DNA of 64,000 nucleotides from Carcharhinus amblyrhynchos. Taxonomy: Eukaryota. Shown one piece after another: positions 63,461-64,000 of the stretch (position 1 is its first letter; every line of letters starts with the position of its first letter). The translations under genes were made by a program, and so were the position numbers. The notes under the pieces are model-generated. The model saw only the letters and a program-made list of their open reading frames with translations. It made no database searches and was not told where the DNA came from. The stretch is taken from assembly GCA_965287045.1 (NCBI GenBank), contig OZ336895.1:35526001-35590000 (forward strand), in the 5' to 3' direction.

Positions 63461-63885
63461 CTGTACTTCAGTAGTTTCAAAACTGACATCCACACTTTCA
63501 TGGTCACTGGTCTCCTCCTCCATTGTGACTCCCTCGTTGCTTGTCTCTGCTTCGTTCCATGTGGGTATTTTGCTCCTGGTAGCAAACTGCTCAAATGCCT
63601 GCTGACAGTTCATGTGCTCTTTGTCGAACACCACCTTCTTCGATTTGGGGAGCACATACATCGTGGTAGCTTTGGCTCTGGGTTTAACATCATCTTCAAC
63701 AGCAAAACTGTCCGATAGCACACTCGCTGCGGCAAACGGAGAATCTGCTTGGGATGACTCGGCTCTGGATAGTTCGGTGCCATCGGTTGAGGTAGCTGCT
63801 GTTGTGTCCGTTTCCACACGCTTCTTTTTCTTTTCATTTTTAGATTTTGAGGAACGGGAATATGTTTTCAGCGGCTTGCAGTTAG
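63461..63885 (-). CDS. KDM4B: KDM4B internal coding exon (post-JmjC linker), 425 nt, phase 1 to phase 0
   Basis: Acceptor ttttcttttcctgtgcacag|CT AAC and donor GTACAG|gtatag. Encodes ...TMYVLPKSKKVVFDKEHMNCQQAFEQFATRSK..., matching the KDM4B-type linker segment as I recall it from human ([30 protein letters not shown]). Splices in frame to the next exon. Confidence 0.9.
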
Positions 63886-64000
63886 CTGTGCACAGGAAAA
63901 GAAAAAAAGACTTAAGACCTTCTGGTGGTTGCCTTTCTACCAATTTACACTGATGCGAACATAAAAATCTCCCTCTGCAGAGAAGGAAGAACCAAGCATC

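Noticed and set aside
63434-63953. Plus-strand ORFs 63434-63718 and 63612-63953, and alternate-frame 63610-63837
   Set aside because: Antisense or alternate-frame shadows of the KDM4B exon.
1-64000. A prokaryote-style novel multi-gene system (operon, defence island)
   Set aside because: The window is spliced vertebrate gene sequence; every recognisable long ORF is KDM4B or a retroelement.

Overview
Eukaryotic, AT-rich, repeat-dense vertebrate DNA, almost certainly from a shark or other elasmobranch (HE1-type SINEs, HER1/CR1 LINEs, Deu-domain SacSINE1-like SINEs). The whole window lies inside one minus-strand gene, the histone H3K9/H3K36 demethylase KDM4B (JMJD2B). Six internal coding exons (63461-63885, 58931-59051, 38382-38560, 21306-21522, 14611-14687, 1487-1542; 1075 nt in total) have GT-AG boundaries and splice together in frame. 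They encode the post-JmjC linker, PHD1 and the start of the Zn-knuckle/PHD2; the JmjN/JmjC exons lie beyond the right edge and the rest of PHD2 and the Tudor exons beyond the left edge. The introns (4.4-20.4 kb) are filled with CR1, RTE, Rex/Babar and L2 LINE relics, several tRNA-SINE families, solo-LTR-like segments and Harbinger-like MITEs. Almost all ORFs in the supplied track are retroelement fragments or chance ORFs. I found no convincing novel protein-coding system. The most unusual signals are non-coding: a U2 snRNA-derived element with its branch-point recognition sequence replaced (~61.5 kb), a Penelope-like hairpin carrying a minimal hammerhead ribozyme core with a 13-bp target-site duplication (~5.5 kb), an HE1-headed SINE variant whose tail resembles the local Rex/Babar LINE 3' end, and inverted SINE pairs flanking the PHD exons. 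Repeat boundaries are by eye and approximate unless stated otherwise; family names come from recalled consensus features, not from a database search.
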